Virus record (IMG/VR): IMGVR_UViG_3300009703_004110
Span: 268,271-332,270 of that record
Direction: 5' to 3' (one strand)
DNA length: 64,000 bases
The position numbers and the translations under genes were made by a program. Position 1 is the stretch's first letter. The number at the start of each line of letters is the position of its first letter. This document shows positions 27,441-37,336 of the stretch, one piece after another. The notes beneath the pieces were generated by a model, which worked only from the letters and a program-made list of their open reading frames with translations, was not told the origin of the DNA and searched no databases.

Positions 27441-28906
27441 CCGCTAGTTCTCATGGTTGGAAATAAGATTACATCCCGGATAGAGGTTCGATTTGTTAAA
27501 ATCATAACCAGCCGGTCAATACCGATACCTTCGCCAGCCGTTGGTGGCATACCGAAAGTTAAAGCTCTAACGTAATCTTCATCAAAATACATTGCCTCAT
27601 CATCGCCGGCATTCTTCCTCACTACCTGAGCAGCAAAGCGATCAGCTTGATCCATCGGATCATTAAGTTCGGAAAAGGCATTTGCAATTTCCATACCAGC
27701 AACAAATAACTCAAACCTATCGGTCACCCGTGGGTCGTCATCATTACGTCTAGCAAGCGGGCTGATCTCTGTTGGATAGTGAGTTACAAACGTTGGATTA
27801 ATCAACTGATCTTCAATGTATGTATCAAAGATTAATGTAAACATTTCTCCAATAGAGTCTGGTAGCTCACTCTCATAAGCTGGATTAGCTGACTGCCAAA
27901 ATTCGTGCAAGTTTTGAATCGAATAAGGATCGCCCTCAACACCAACCTTTGTTAGCAACTCATCAAACCTGGCTTCGCCCCATTGGCCGAAGTCAATTTC
28001 AGTATCACCATACGGTCTAACTAAATTACTATAGCCAAACAAATCTCCAACCAACTCAGTAATCATATTCTGAGTCATCTTCATTAGATCACGATAAGTA
28101 GAGTGAGCCGCATAGAATTCAACAGTAGTGAATTCAGGATTGTGCTTGGTGGAAATCCCCTCATTTCTGAAATTCTTTCCAATCTCATATACACGATCTA
28201 GCCCGCCAACAATTAATCTCTTAAGATAAAGCTCTGGAGCAATTCTCATAAAGAGATCCATATCTAAAGCATTATGGTGCGTTACGAATGGCTTAGCTGA
28301 CGCTCCGCCAGGAATCGGCTGTAAGGTCGGGGTCTCTACCTCTAAAAAACCTCGATCTTCTAAGTGCCGACGTACTCCGCTAACAATCTTAGATCTTGTA
28401 ATAAAGACTTGCCTACTGTCATCATTGACTGCCATGTCTAAGTAACGCATTCGAGAACGTGTCTCTTGGTTAGTTAGACCGACATGCCTATCTGGCATAC
28501 CCGCAATATTCTTGGAATACAAATGAATCTCTGCTACATTTACAGTCAACTCACCCATGCGCGTGCGCATCATGGTTCCAGCGAACCAGACCCAATCACC
28601 AATATCCATCGCCTTCCATTCGGCAAACTGTTCTGCACCAACAGTCTTCTTTGATACCATAATCTGAATGGCAGCATCTTGACCATTTACGCGGCCAAAC
28701 CCAAGCTTACCAAGCTCATTCTTAAATCGCAATCTTCCAGCGGATGATACGGTCATATCATTCATGGCCGCAATAGAGTGCTCACTATAAGCAGTAACAA
28801 TGCTCTCAACGCTGGTGTCAAATGGTATATCATTCGGATATGGCTCGATTCCTTCTGCCCTGAGGCGTAGCGCCTTGTCTCTCATTTCTTCATTAAACTG
28901 AAACAT
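27437..28906 (-). CDS. lysS: lysine--tRNA ligase (class II)
   Basis: OB fold, FLEVETP, RIAPELYLKRL, FRNEG..HNPEFT, GMPPTAGEGIGIDRL. Confidence 0.97.
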   Translation of the reverse strand: MFQFNEEMRDKALRLRAEGIEPYPNDIPFDTSVESIVTAYSEHSIAAMNDMTVSSAGRLRFKNELGKLGFGRVNGQDAAIQIMVSKKTVGAEQFAEWKAMDIGDWVWFAGTMMRTRMGELTVNVAEIHLYSKNIAGMPDRHVGLTNQETRSRMRYLDMAVNDDSRQVFITRSKIVSGVRRHLEDRGFLEVETPTLQPIPGGASAKPFVTHHNALDMDLFMRIAPELYLKRLIVGGLDRVYEIGKNFRNEGISTKHNPEFTTVEFYAAHSTYRDLMKMTQNMITELVGDLFGYSNLVRPYGDTEIDFGQWGEARFDELLTKVGVEGDPYSIQNLHEFWQSANPAYESELPDSIGEMFTLIFDTYIEDQLINPTFVTHYPTEISPLARRNDDDPRVTDRFELFVAGMEIANAFSELNDPMDQADRFAAQVVRKNAGDDEAMYFDEDYVRALTFGMPPTAGEGIGIDRLVMILTNRTSIRDVILFPTMRTSG

Positions 28907-29249
28907 CTGAGGCTCCGGCGTTTAAAATATCTTCTACTTCAACCATCATTCTGCCATAAGCATCATATGTGCCAGGCAACATCATCATGGTTTCGGCGGT
29001 AAAAAGATTATCTGCTGCACTTTCGTGAACACCGGACAGGTGATCCAAAGCTTCCTCTGTATCCATTCCGGTAATTGATTCAAGTAATTGTTCGTGAGCC
29101 TCTGCATATAAAGATCTGTATTCAGACGGATCTTCCGCAGAGTCATCAACAACCTTCTGTAATGTTTGTCTAAACCTATCAAGCTTTTCTTCCGCAGTAT
29201 TTCCGCGAACACGCCCTGGTCTAAAAAATTCTAATGGGTTATCCTGCAT
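28893..29249 (-). CDS. hypothetical protein
   Basis: 118 aa, overlaps both neighbours. Confidence 0.6.
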   Translation of the reverse strand: MQDNPLEFFRPGRVRGNTAEEKLDRFRQTLQKVVDDSAEDPSEYRSLYAEAHEQLLESITGMDTEEALDHLSGVHESAADNLFTAETMMMLPGTYDAYGRMMVEVEDILNAGASDVSV

Positions 29250-29808
29250 TTGCTCTCTCCATAAGCCTTTTGCTAATCTTCTTCAACTTCTTATTAAAAC
29301 GACTTCGTTTAAGACTGCTAGCGTGCTTAAGGAGAGTGATTCCATCTAAATGGTCAATCTCATGTTGGATAATAACTGCAACAAACCCTGTGAAAATTTC
29401 TTCTACAAAGTCGCCGGTCACTGTTTGATATCTGACAGATACTTCATCTGGCCTTGATACTTTGACGGCCATTGAGGGCAAGGATAAGCATCCTTCTTCT
29501 GACGTGATCTCTGTTTCTGATGCTTCAAGAATTACTGGATTGACGAGCTTTAATGCTCCTGAGGCATATCCTCCACCATAAGCTGATGCCGGAGAATAGT
29601 CTCCAACATGCCCTGTATCAATCACAATTAATCTGCGACTATCACCAACTTGTGGCGCAGCTAATCCCACACCATTGTTGCCGTACATAGTTATCAGCAT
29701 TTCAGACATATATGCGTCCAGATCATCTCCGAACTCATCTTCGGTTACATCACGAGCAACCTGATTCAAAATTGTACTGCCTGGAAATCCAGGAATTAAA
29801 ATTCTCAT
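29239..29808 (-). CDS. def: peptide deformylase
   Basis: GVGLAAPQVG, EGCLS, QHEIDHLDG. Confidence 0.97.
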   Translation of the reverse strand: MRILIPGFPGSTILNQVARDVTEDEFGDDLDAYMSEMLITMYGNNGVGLAAPQVGDSRRLIVIDTGHVGDYSPASAYGGGYASGALKLVNPVILEASETEITSEEGCLSLPSMAVKVSRPDEVSVRYQTVTGDFVEEIFTGFVAVIIQHEIDHLDGITLLKHASSLKRSRFNKKLKKISKRLMERANAG

Positions 29809-29837
29809 AATTACTTTCCTTTATCCAATTTCTTTTA

Positions 29838-29924
29838 TGGCGGAGAGTACAGGATTCGAACCTGTGAGGCTGTTACGCCGACGAGTTAGCAACCCGTTCC
29901 CTTAAACCGCTCGGGCAACTCTCC
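29838..29924 (-). tRNA. tRNA-Ser(GCT)
   Basis: ACGGG-TTGCTAA-CTCGT, long variable arm, GCCA end. Confidence 0.93.
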
Positions 29925-29929
29925 ATACT

Positions 29930-30265
29930 TTATTCTATATATTCAAATATGATATATTCACGAGACCATTCAGGAAAAGCTCTGCGTATCAGTTCTTTGA
30001 CTTTAAATTCTTTATTAGATTGCTGCTTATAGCTTTTAAACTTCTTACGCAATTTAACAGGAATAGTTAATCGCAATTGCTGGCCGCCACCTTCTGGGCA
30101 GACATAATATTCTAATCTAATGCGTTGACCAAATCGACTATAGCCGTTCATTACTTCGTGAGCAATTGATTCAATACGAGGCAGATAGTCTAAAACAATG
30201 TCGTGCGCTTTACTAGCTGTCATCAGATACCTGCTTCTCAGCAATATCTTCCGGCATACTTTCAA
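29930..30265 (-). CDS. hypothetical protein
   Basis: ORF in operon orientation; true start may be MTASK. Confidence 0.5.
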   Translation of the reverse strand: MKVCRKILLRSRYLMTASKAHDIVLDYLPRIESIAHEVMNGYSRFGQRIRLEYYVCPEGGGQQLRLTIPVKLRKKFKSYKQQSNKEFKVKELIRRAFPEWSREYIIFEYIE

Positions 30266-30428
30266 GTCGCTTTAGCTCTAGCAGCCTATCATGCAGATAC
30301 TTTAGTCCGGTAAGTCTCTCCATGTGAAGCAGGTAAGGCACATTTTGCGAGACAACTAGTTGCTCTAAATCGCCCAACACAAGTTCCGCTTTTTCAAATT
30401 CTGTTTCAGCACTCATAATATTCTCCAA
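30213..30428 (-). CDS. hypothetical protein
   Basis: 71-aa ORF, TAG TAA double stop. Confidence 0.5.
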   Translation of the reverse strand: MENIMSAETEFEKAELVLGDLEQLVVSQNVPYLLHMERLTGLKYLHDRLLELKRLESMPEDIAEKQVSDDS

Positions 30429-30542
30429 ATAGGTGCGGCAAAGATTAGGGATCCAAACCCCTTGAAAACAACCTAATCTTTGCCTACCTCTTTGAATAGT
30501 ACCATGCAGAGTAACTTCGTTCAGAAAAATATTCTGTCTTTC

Positions 30543-32213
30543 TTACTCGTATGCATTCATGCTGCCACTTTCAATCTTGGCTGCTTCGACTTCCAACTTC
30601 TCTCGCATCAGTGGGCTTAGAATATCACACTTAGCAGGACGCTTTGCCCAATCAGCATTAAGACGCTCACGCATTTGATCGAAGTCTTCGAAGACATAAT
30701 CAACAGGTCCACAGTCCCAGATGACCTCAAGCAAGTCTGTCTCCATACGATAATCTTCCCAGCTTGTTCCTGTTGCAGGATATACCTTCAACTCAGAACC
30801 AACGGAATTAACGATGGTAAGTCCGGGCAGGCTCATCTTGCTAAGGTCACGACTCGGCTTCTTCATAACATCACGAACCGTTCCGTCCGCATACTCGATA
30901 CGACAAAGCTTGGTTGCACACTTTAGTGTGTCACGGTTCTGCTTCTGTAGCAAACCACCGCCCATACCAAAGGCGACATTCTGAGCACTATAACCAGCAT
31001 TCAAAACGGCACGGAGAATAGCGGCAAGGATGCGAGCATCAATACCGTCTCCCTGGATTACAGCCGCTCCGTTAAGAACCTTGTAACCCTTGCTGTTAAC
31101 TGTCACACCGAATGCTGCCTCGCAAGCTTCCAGTCCATCTAGAACACATCTAACAGGATCGCCAGAGTCAGGACGTACTACGAATAGAATTCCCTGCTTC
31201 TGCGCCAGTGGTGCAATCTGAGGAAGAATCGTCCAAAGGAACGATGCTCGATCAGGATTATTATAGTTATAAGAATCAGCAACACAGCTAAGGATTGCTC
31301 CCTCAGGAGTGATTCCAATAAGATGCTCAACTGCGGCCATTTCCTTAGGCCAAGCTGTCATCACACTGTGCTCAGATGCAAGTACCGATTCACCAACCGG
31401 ACGACCTTCGTTCCACTTAGTTGCAAGCCAACCAGCAGTCATGGTATCAGTACCTTCAAAACTTAGAAGGTGACCGGCACCAGTAGTCATCGCAGTTTCT
31501 GCGCTCGATACTCCACGCGAACCAAAATCATGCAAACGGCTGGGAAGCAAGAAGTCAAGCTCTGCTTCAACAGACTCATCAAATGCGGCACGAATCAGAC
31601 GCCAAACATGACGGCTCTTAGTAGCAGTAACGGACGGGCTCCACAGACGCATCAACGCAGTCTCAAGCCAAGTCACCAGATACACAAACTCATCGTCTGT
31701 TAGATTATCTGTGCTTGCCGTAATTGTAAAGCAAGGAACATTCGGATAAACCACTGTTCCATCACGTAGCGCCTTAATCTTGATGGGAATATATCCACCA
31801 TTATCTACGACCTTCTGCCATAGATGCTTGGGCCAACTCATCGGAGTCTTTGCGACACCATGAGTCTTTAGATAGGTCTCTGCTTCATCTACTTCAAACT
31901 GCTCAATTCGATGAGAGATAACAGTTTCAAATAGGTAGCGCATACCAAAGAAAACGATTCGCTCGTCCTCTGCTGTGAGTGGGCCACGGAATGTAAAGTA
32001 CGCAGTCATTGACTTTGCGTCAGGATACATCTGCCAGTGTCCAGTCTTATAAGTATCCGTGTCCAGTAGGAACGGGATACGTCGAGGGTCGCTTTTTAGA
32101 ATGTCAATCTTAAGCTGTTCCATCAGATCCGCTAAGGCATCTGATCCTGCTGCGCCGTGTATCTGTAAGATATTACATTCTGCTTCTCTAATAATATCAT
32201 TTATATTTCTCAT
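30543..32213 (-). CDS. nadV: nicotinamide phosphoribosyltransferase
   Basis: TDTYK.GH, LHDFGSRG, ASEHSV, VADSYN, RPDSGDP, IQGDG, FGMGGGLLQ. Confidence 0.95.
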   Translation of the reverse strand: MRNINDIIREAECNILQIHGAAGSDALADLMEQLKIDILKSDPRRIPFLLDTDTYKTGHWQMYPDAKSMTAYFTFRGPLTAEDERIVFFGMRYLFETVISHRIEQFEVDEAETYLKTHGVAKTPMSWPKHLWQKVVDNGGYIPIKIKALRDGTVVYPNVPCFTITASTDNLTDDEFVYLVTWLETALMRLWSPSVTATKSRHVWRLIRAAFDESVEAELDFLLPSRLHDFGSRGVSSAETAMTTGAGHLLSFEGTDTMTAGWLATKWNEGRPVGESVLASEHSVMTAWPKEMAAVEHLIGITPEGAILSCVADSYNYNNPDRASFLWTILPQIAPLAQKQGILFVVRPDSGDPVRCVLDGLEACEAAFGVTVNSKGYKVLNGAAVIQGDGIDARILAAILRAVLNAGYSAQNVAFGMGGGLLQKQNRDTLKCATKLCRIEYADGTVRDVMKKPSRDLSKMSLPGLTIVNSVGSELKVYPATGTSWEDYRMETDLLEVIWDCGPVDYVFEDFDQMRERLNADWAKRPAKCDILSPLMREKLEVEAAKIESGSMNAYE

Positions 32214-32243
32214 GAGTCTATTCTCCTATTTGTTTTGCGGGAT

Positions 32244-32453
32244 CTATTCCCTAATTATGATGATGGTTCTCTTTCCATCTTTAATGCCCCTTCCCTTAAC
32301 AGGCTTGGCATTTGTTGGGTTATCATAGTAACCGCCTCTTCCATCGTCTATCCACTCGCCTCTATTACAGTTGCAAGTCAATACAGGTCCGTCTCCGCAT
32401 CTACCATCATAGAGTGCTCCGGCACCACATACACTACACTTATAGTCTCTCAT
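32244..32453 (-). CDS. small Cys-rich protein
   Basis: CxxC..C..CxC, RBS AAGGAG. Confidence 0.55.
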   Translation of the reverse strand: MRDYKCSVCGAGALYDGRCGDGPVLTCNCNRGEWIDDGRGGYYDNPTNAKPVKGRGIKDGKRTIIIIRE

Positions 32454-32477
32454 ACTCCTTTTCCTTCGGGTCTATTC

Positions 32478-33611
32478 CTAGTATGCCATGCTTTCGATAA
32501 TATCAAGGTGATCCTCAAACAAAAGGTGTGGCATATCATTAATGACTTCGCTTAGAGCGAACCATTGTACTCTGGTTACTTCCCTCTCAAATCCACGCTC
32601 GGGCTTAAGTTGGGGAATCTTAAACCATGAAGGAACATCCCATCGAAACGCATGTGTGAGCACACGCCCACGCTGGCTTCTCTTTGGGTGATCGAAACGG
32701 TCTTCCTTAGTCAACCATTCGTCACGTACCTTCATTCGTGTCTCTTCCTGTAGCTCGCGCTTTGCGCCAGCAACAGCCGTCTCATCCGCCTCAAGGAATC
32801 CTCCTGGCAGAGCCCACAGTCCCTTGCCGGGATGTGAGCGACGACGAACAAGTAGAATGTTACCCTGATGGATAACTACATTATCTGTCGTCATAAACTG
32901 TAGCTTATGACCAGCGGGGCTAATTTGCCTAATCCTTTCTCCGGACTCATCAATGATCCAGAGATACTGATCTTTTGGCAACCCTTCTAATGGGTCATAC
33001 TTGCTTCGATACTTTAGAATATGCTTATGTCCAGCGGCCATGTTCTTGCCGTGCTCTGTGCCTATCCATTGGGACAGGAGCTCTGAAGTAGATGAGGCAA
33101 CAAGGCTCATCCAGTCATTGGACTCGTTCATATAAAGTCCGTGCATAATTTCTGCATATCGGCTTTCAATATCTTCAATAACCTCTACCTCAGAATTCCA
33201 TCGAGGGAAGCTATTTAAATAGTCAGTTTCTTCATGCCTTCTATCTACACCATACAAAGTGATATTGCAATCACTTAGTCGGTGATCTGGCCCATAGGCT
33301 GACTTAATTCCTTCTGAGACAGCCTCTTGAACCTTAGTAAGAAAACGTGTCTTATTATACCAGTAATCACGAGCCCTTCTGTATTCGACCTTGTGATAAT
33401 CTAAACCGTAATCTGCAAGGGCCTCATCAATCATGTTTGATCGTTCTGCCGCTACAAAGGGGTCTCTGGAGTCACGGGCTGTATCAGATGAGCCAAGGAT
33501 AACTACTACAATGTTATTATCACTAATGGCCGGGCTGAATAGCCGCTCAATTTGTTCTAGGGTCACAGGCTGAAATCGCCCAATGATTACGCCTACATTT
33601 GGATTCTGCAT
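32478..33611 (-). CDS. nadM: bifunctional NMN adenylyltransferase / Nudix hydrolase (NadM-Nudix)
   Basis: IIGRFQP, LGS..R.PF...ER; Nudix box PGG....E....AKRELQEET; FEDH; the HxGH motif is degenerate (TLEQ). Confidence 0.88.
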   Translation of the reverse strand: MQNPNVGVIIGRFQPVTLEQIERLFSPAISDNNIVVVILGSSDTARDSRDPFVAAERSNMIDEALADYGLDYHKVEYRRARDYWYNKTRFLTKVQEAVSEGIKSAYGPDHRLSDCNITLYGVDRRHEETDYLNSFPRWNSEVEVIEDIESRYAEIMHGLYMNESNDWMSLVASSTSELLSQWIGTEHGKNMAAGHKHILKYRSKYDPLEGLPKDQYLWIIDESGERIRQISPAGHKLQFMTTDNVVIHQGNILLVRRRSHPGKGLWALPGGFLEADETAVAGAKRELQEETRMKVRDEWLTKEDRFDHPKRSQRGRVLTHAFRWDVPSWFKIPQLKPERGFEREVTRVQWFALSEVINDMPHLLFEDHLDIIESMAY

Positions 33612-33637
33612 AAGAGTCTATCTCCTAATTATATTAT

Positions 33638-33910
33638 TTACCACTTAACTACGACGTCGTCTCCCGAGTCGTTATCTCTCTGATCTGACTAAGTACTTCT
33701 GCTGACAGTAAAGCCGTTCTCTTCAAGGGCCGCTTTGATGCCCAAATAAACACGGCCTCTATAGCTGTAGTCTATTTTCATTAGCGACACGCTTACACTT
33801 GTTCTGCCGCTTGCGGCCGCCCGCCTAATCTTTTCGTAAATAGACTCGGGATCTAGCTGCTGTGTTGCCGCATATTTATCGTTTAATTCTTTTGCCTCAC
33901 TGGCTTTCAT
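33638..33910 (-). CDS. small phage protein with in-frame TAG at 33689-33691 (probable readthrough)
   Basis: ...GFTVSRST*SDQRDNDSGDDVVVKW-TAA; the extension fills the gap exactly up to the nadM RBS. Confidence 0.6.
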
Positions 33911-33947
33911 TTTATTCTCTCTTCGGCGTCTGTCGCCTATTTTTATC

Positions 33948-34256
33948 TTACTTTTTTGCGGAAAGAATATCTAAATAAAATAATATCTCCAAGTCATCGT
34001 CGCCAAGACCTGACATGAATTCTTCCCCATCGATTGTAGTCGCACAGCCTGTGTGATTAATTTTAACAAAAGTGACTTTGCCGTGATCTGATACAAAACC
34101 AACCTTATCAGAATCCATAATAACAACATTCATACGCCTTGGCGACGTAACTCTAACTTTTCGACTATTGATTAACGAAATATAAACGAGCATGGCCCGG
34201 CTCTTTTTCTTAGCACAATATTCTATAAAAGAAAGCTTCCGCCCAATCTTTATCAT
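33948..34256 (-). CDS. hypothetical protein, C-terminal LDLF-module family
   Basis: ends ILFYLDILSAKK. Confidence 0.6.
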   Translation of the reverse strand: MIKIGRKLSFIEYCAKKKSRAMLVYISLINSRKVRVTSPRRMNVVIMDSDKVGFVSDHGKVTFVKINHTGCATTIDGEEFMSGLGDDDLEILFYLDILSAKK

Positions 34257-34714
34257 AGCAAAGGAAGGTGGCCGGTAATCCTATCAACATCTTCAACAAA
34301 ACCTGGGCCAATTGCAACGGCTGTCTTTGTCGGAACACCATCAAACTCAGTGAATCCAGCGTCGGTGATTAAAGAGCACGGAAGATTAGCGGCCTTAGCC
34401 GCCTCATATAACTCCACTAACTCTTCTTCACTATCAACACTAACACAGATCTTAGCAAACCTTCCGGCAATCCAAGCACAGACACCCTGTAGCTTTCTGA
34501 TATAACTCTTAAGCCCCCTTGGACCGAAATGTAAATCTACTACCCCGTAAATCCCGCCTTCTTCCCAAAGACCTATATCACCACTACCCCAATCAATTAG
34601 ATCTAATAGTACAGCGCAAGAAGCATGAGCGCCTTGCGACACCATCTTACCTTTCCTCATATTAAGATCTTTTCTTATTATGATTACCTGCTTTGCTTTA
34701 TAATTTTTGGTCAT
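34253..34714 (-). CDS. pth2: peptidyl-tRNA hydrolase, Pth2 family
   Basis: KQVIIIRKDLNMRKGK..SQGAHA, ITDAGFTE, T.VAIGP, ITGHLPLL. Confidence 0.93.
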   Translation of the reverse strand: MTKNYKAKQVIIIRKDLNMRKGKMVSQGAHASCAVLLDLIDWGSGDIGLWEEGGIYGVVDLHFGPRGLKSYIRKLQGVCAWIAGRFAKICVSVDSEEELVELYEAAKAANLPCSLITDAGFTEFDGVPTKTAVAIGPGFVEDVDRITGHLPLL

Positions 34715-35289
34715 ATATTCCTCGGTGGCTTTACGGCCTCAACATTTAAACTAACCAAAGTTCCTTTGTGCCATATTTCATCTGGCAGCTCATTACCATC
34801 CTCATCATGCCTTGGAACATAATCCCTGCTCCAGTCTCTTACATTAGCATGTGAAGTTGTAAATGGATCATATCGTTTGATATTGACAAATCCCATTTCA
34901 GACAAATCTTTTTGAAGCTGGTTGAAATCCCATCCCCAACAGTGATAGTCGTAAGGATTTCTTTGGCCACCGAACATGGTGCCTCTTATCTCAGATAGAT
35001 CACCAGTCTCATTGTAGTGACGAATCAGCCCTTCAAAATCAGGAACCGAAATCCTTAGCATTCCGCCCGGTGCTAACAAATCAAGTAAGGTTGATAGAAC
35101 ATCTTTGTACTCGTGTCGTGAGAAGTGTTCTAAAACATGGCAAGCATAGATGTAATCAACACTGTTCTTTTCAAACTTTGTATGCAAATCTTTTATATCA
35201 CATATCAAATCAGTAGCGTCAGTTTCATAAATATCTATGTTTACAAAGCCTTCTATCTTTTTTGGTCCGCATCCTAAATGTAATTTCAT
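34711..35289 (-). CDS. class I SAM-dependent methyltransferase
   Basis: KLHLGCG, NID, HVLEH, L.PGG.LRISVPD. Confidence 0.85.
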   Translation of the reverse strand: MKLHLGCGPKKIEGFVNIDIYETDATDLICDIKDLHTKFEKNSVDYIYACHVLEHFSRHEYKDVLSTLLDLLAPGGMLRISVPDFEGLIRHYNETGDLSEIRGTMFGGQRNPYDYHCWGWDFNQLQKDLSEMGFVNIKRYDPFTTSHANVRDWSRDYVPRHDEDGNELPDEIWHKGTLVSLNVEAVKPPRNI

Positions 35290-35305
35290 TTTCCCTTCAA
35301 TTTTA

Positions 35306-35381
35306 TGGCACGCTGTAAGGGATTCGAACCCTTGACGCGGAGGTCTAGAATCTCCCGCTCTGACCGCTGAGCTAACAGCGC
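35306..35381 (-). tRNA. amber suppressor tRNA (anticodon CTA)
   Basis: canonical 76-nt numbering gives GGAGA-TTCTAGA-CCTCC; A31-C39 mismatch, G73, CCA end. Confidence 0.85.
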
Positions 35382-35460
35382 AAAATGAAATAGAAAGCTT
35401 AGGCCGAAGCCTTTGTGTCCTCTCTATTTCATTACCCTTTGAATTTTGTTTTTAGCTTGC

Positions 35461-35835
35461 TTACTGAAGGCTTGCCGCATACAGCGCTGTCTTGGCTGAG
35501 TAGTTGCTGTTTGAAAGTGCCCAACTTCTCATCCAATCCCAATCACCCATCACATAGGCAGAGAATTGAGTTTCAGAAAGGTCAATCTCTGTGTCTACAG
35601 ACATTTCCTGCATTCGGATAATTCTATCGAAGGTTTTGACATGTGATTGCAGTTCTGCTAAGCTAAATTGCATATTAACTTTTTCGCCATTCTCTAGTTG
35701 GCGCAGCTTCTTCATTAAAATTCTCTTGGACTCTCGACGATAGCCCTCCATCACCTCTTCATACATTTCGATGTGCTCTTCTCGGTTAGTTCTTAGCGCC
35801 TCAAGAACATCTTTTCTTAATACTGTTACATTCAT
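35461..35835 (-). CDS. hypothetical protein
   Basis: 124-aa helical ORF. Confidence 0.65.
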   Translation of the reverse strand: MNVTVLRKDVLEALRTNREEHIEMYEEVMEGYRRESKRILMKKLRQLENGEKVNMQFSLAELQSHVKTFDRIIRMQEMSVDTEIDLSETQFSAYVMGDWDWMRSWALSNSNYSAKTALYAASLQ

Positions 35836-35862
35836 TTCGTCACGGCTTCCCCTTATATTTCC

Positions 35863-36156
35863 TCACTTTGCATATACCTCGTTCAGAGGCCAGAATCCAT
35901 ATCCTGTACGGATCCCTTTGATTAATCTTCTTAAGATTGCAGCTTCCTCATTAGAAACTACACGAGACCAAAAGTGTCTTAAGAAATCTTCTCTATCTTC
36001 ATAGTCAAGATATTGGTTTGAACCAAATCCATAATGAAGTGGCTGATTAGATGGAATTTTGCTTTGTGCGTTATTCCACTCTTCTTCCTCCATTAATGCT
36101 ACTCCGCCAAGATTAAACTCATCAGCCCAATTATCATTAAAGTAAATTAACAACAA
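35863..36156 (-). CDS. hypothetical protein
   Basis: NWADEF and FGSNQ motifs; RBS AGGAG. Confidence 0.6.
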   Translation of the reverse strand: MLLIYFNDNWADEFNLGGVALMEEEEWNNAQSKIPSNQPLHYGFGSNQYLDYEDREDFLRHFWSRVVSNEEAAILRRLIKGIRTGYGFWPLNEVYAK

Positions 36157-36157
36157 T

Positions 36158-36385
36158 TCAATCTCCTTTGTTATTCAAAAATGAAATGAACACTCCAGAA
36201 CGTTCATCCCACCATGTAAATTCAACATAAATACTTGAAATAACATTTGCTGCACTACTTTTTTCAGTTACTCTCAGCCAAACTCCACCGGGCAAATTCA
36301 TGGCTGATGTAACAATGTCACCACTACCATAGCCACCATAAGATTTATCTACTCTTAACCACTTGCCCATTATGGGGTCGCTCAT
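36158..36385 (-). CDS. hypothetical protein
   Basis: 75 aa, tightly packed. Confidence 0.55.
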   Translation of the reverse strand: MSDPIMGKWLRVDKSYGGYGSGDIVTSAMNLPGGVWLRVTEKSSAANVISSIYVEFTWWDERSGVFISFLNNKGD

Positions 36386-36388
36386 AAT

Positions 36389-37327
36389 TTAACCATTAAA
36401 AAGATGTTTACAAATAGCTCGACCTCTGCGATCGATCTGCTTCCACTTAATCTTAAAACTATCAGATTCTCTTCCGCCAAATATCTTGGCATTACTATGA
36501 ACCTCAGATAAGCCTGCAAGTAACAAAGTAATTGCAACGATCTTATTTCTACAGAACTCTTCAGCTTCTGATGCTTTGATAGTATGAATCTCCATATCTC
36601 TCAGAATAAGCTCTCCAATAATTGGGTCGCCATTAATTTTATTCCAAGTCTGATATGATATCTTTGCGTGATCAGGAAAATGAACACGGCCTTCTTCATC
36701 CATTTCTTTACAGTAAGGCTTGCCACAATCATGCATGGTAGCGTACTGCTGAATGATATCCGATGATAACAAACTATTTTTGATATCCTCTCTGTACCCT
36801 TCAAACCAAGAAGGCAGTTTCCAGTCTAGTCGCAACTCTTGTCCGTCCAGATAATGAAGCAAATCTTCATAATGCTTCCAGACGGATAGTCCGTGCTCGT
36901 AAATTGTTTGCCCTTTGGTCTGCTCTATATGCTTCATATCTCGTACCACTTTTTGGTACGGCGTCTCTGGCTGACTAAATTCTTTTAGTGCCAGCGGAAG
37001 CGAGCCACAGAATCTTCGACCTTTATCTCCAGGCTCAATTGCAAGTGCAGTAATCTGATTGTTAATGTCGGGCTCTCGAAAAACAGAAAATCTAATCTTC
37101 TTCTTTTCGGCTCGTGCAATCAGCTTGATTAGCTCGTCTTCATCCTTCGCAGATAGAATTGCGATATGATTAGAAGACTGATACCATTCCGATTCGATCT
37201 CAGAATGCTCTGAAATGAATTCACGAAATGCGTGAAGTGCCTGTGCAATTTGTGTGCCAGGATCTAAATCCTTGCGAGTAATAATATATAGCTTGTCAGT
37301 TGGACAGAGGCCCTAAGTGTGTTCCAT
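36389..37327 (-). CDS. Pth2-like/HD-domain fusion protein with in-frame TAG at codon 5
   Basis: RBS AGGAGAGGG, ATG GAA CAC ACT TAG then open frame KLYIITRKDL..G.Q.AQ..HA..FREPD..ITALA..LPLAL continuing into the HD domain (HG..V, MHDCGKP, HF.DHA); 312 codons. Confidence 0.8.
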
Positions 37328-37336
37328 TTCCCTCTC

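Noticed and set aside
35306-35381. Reading this tRNA as Arg(TCT)
   Set aside because: Shifting the register by one base breaks the anticodon stem; canonical numbering centres CTA
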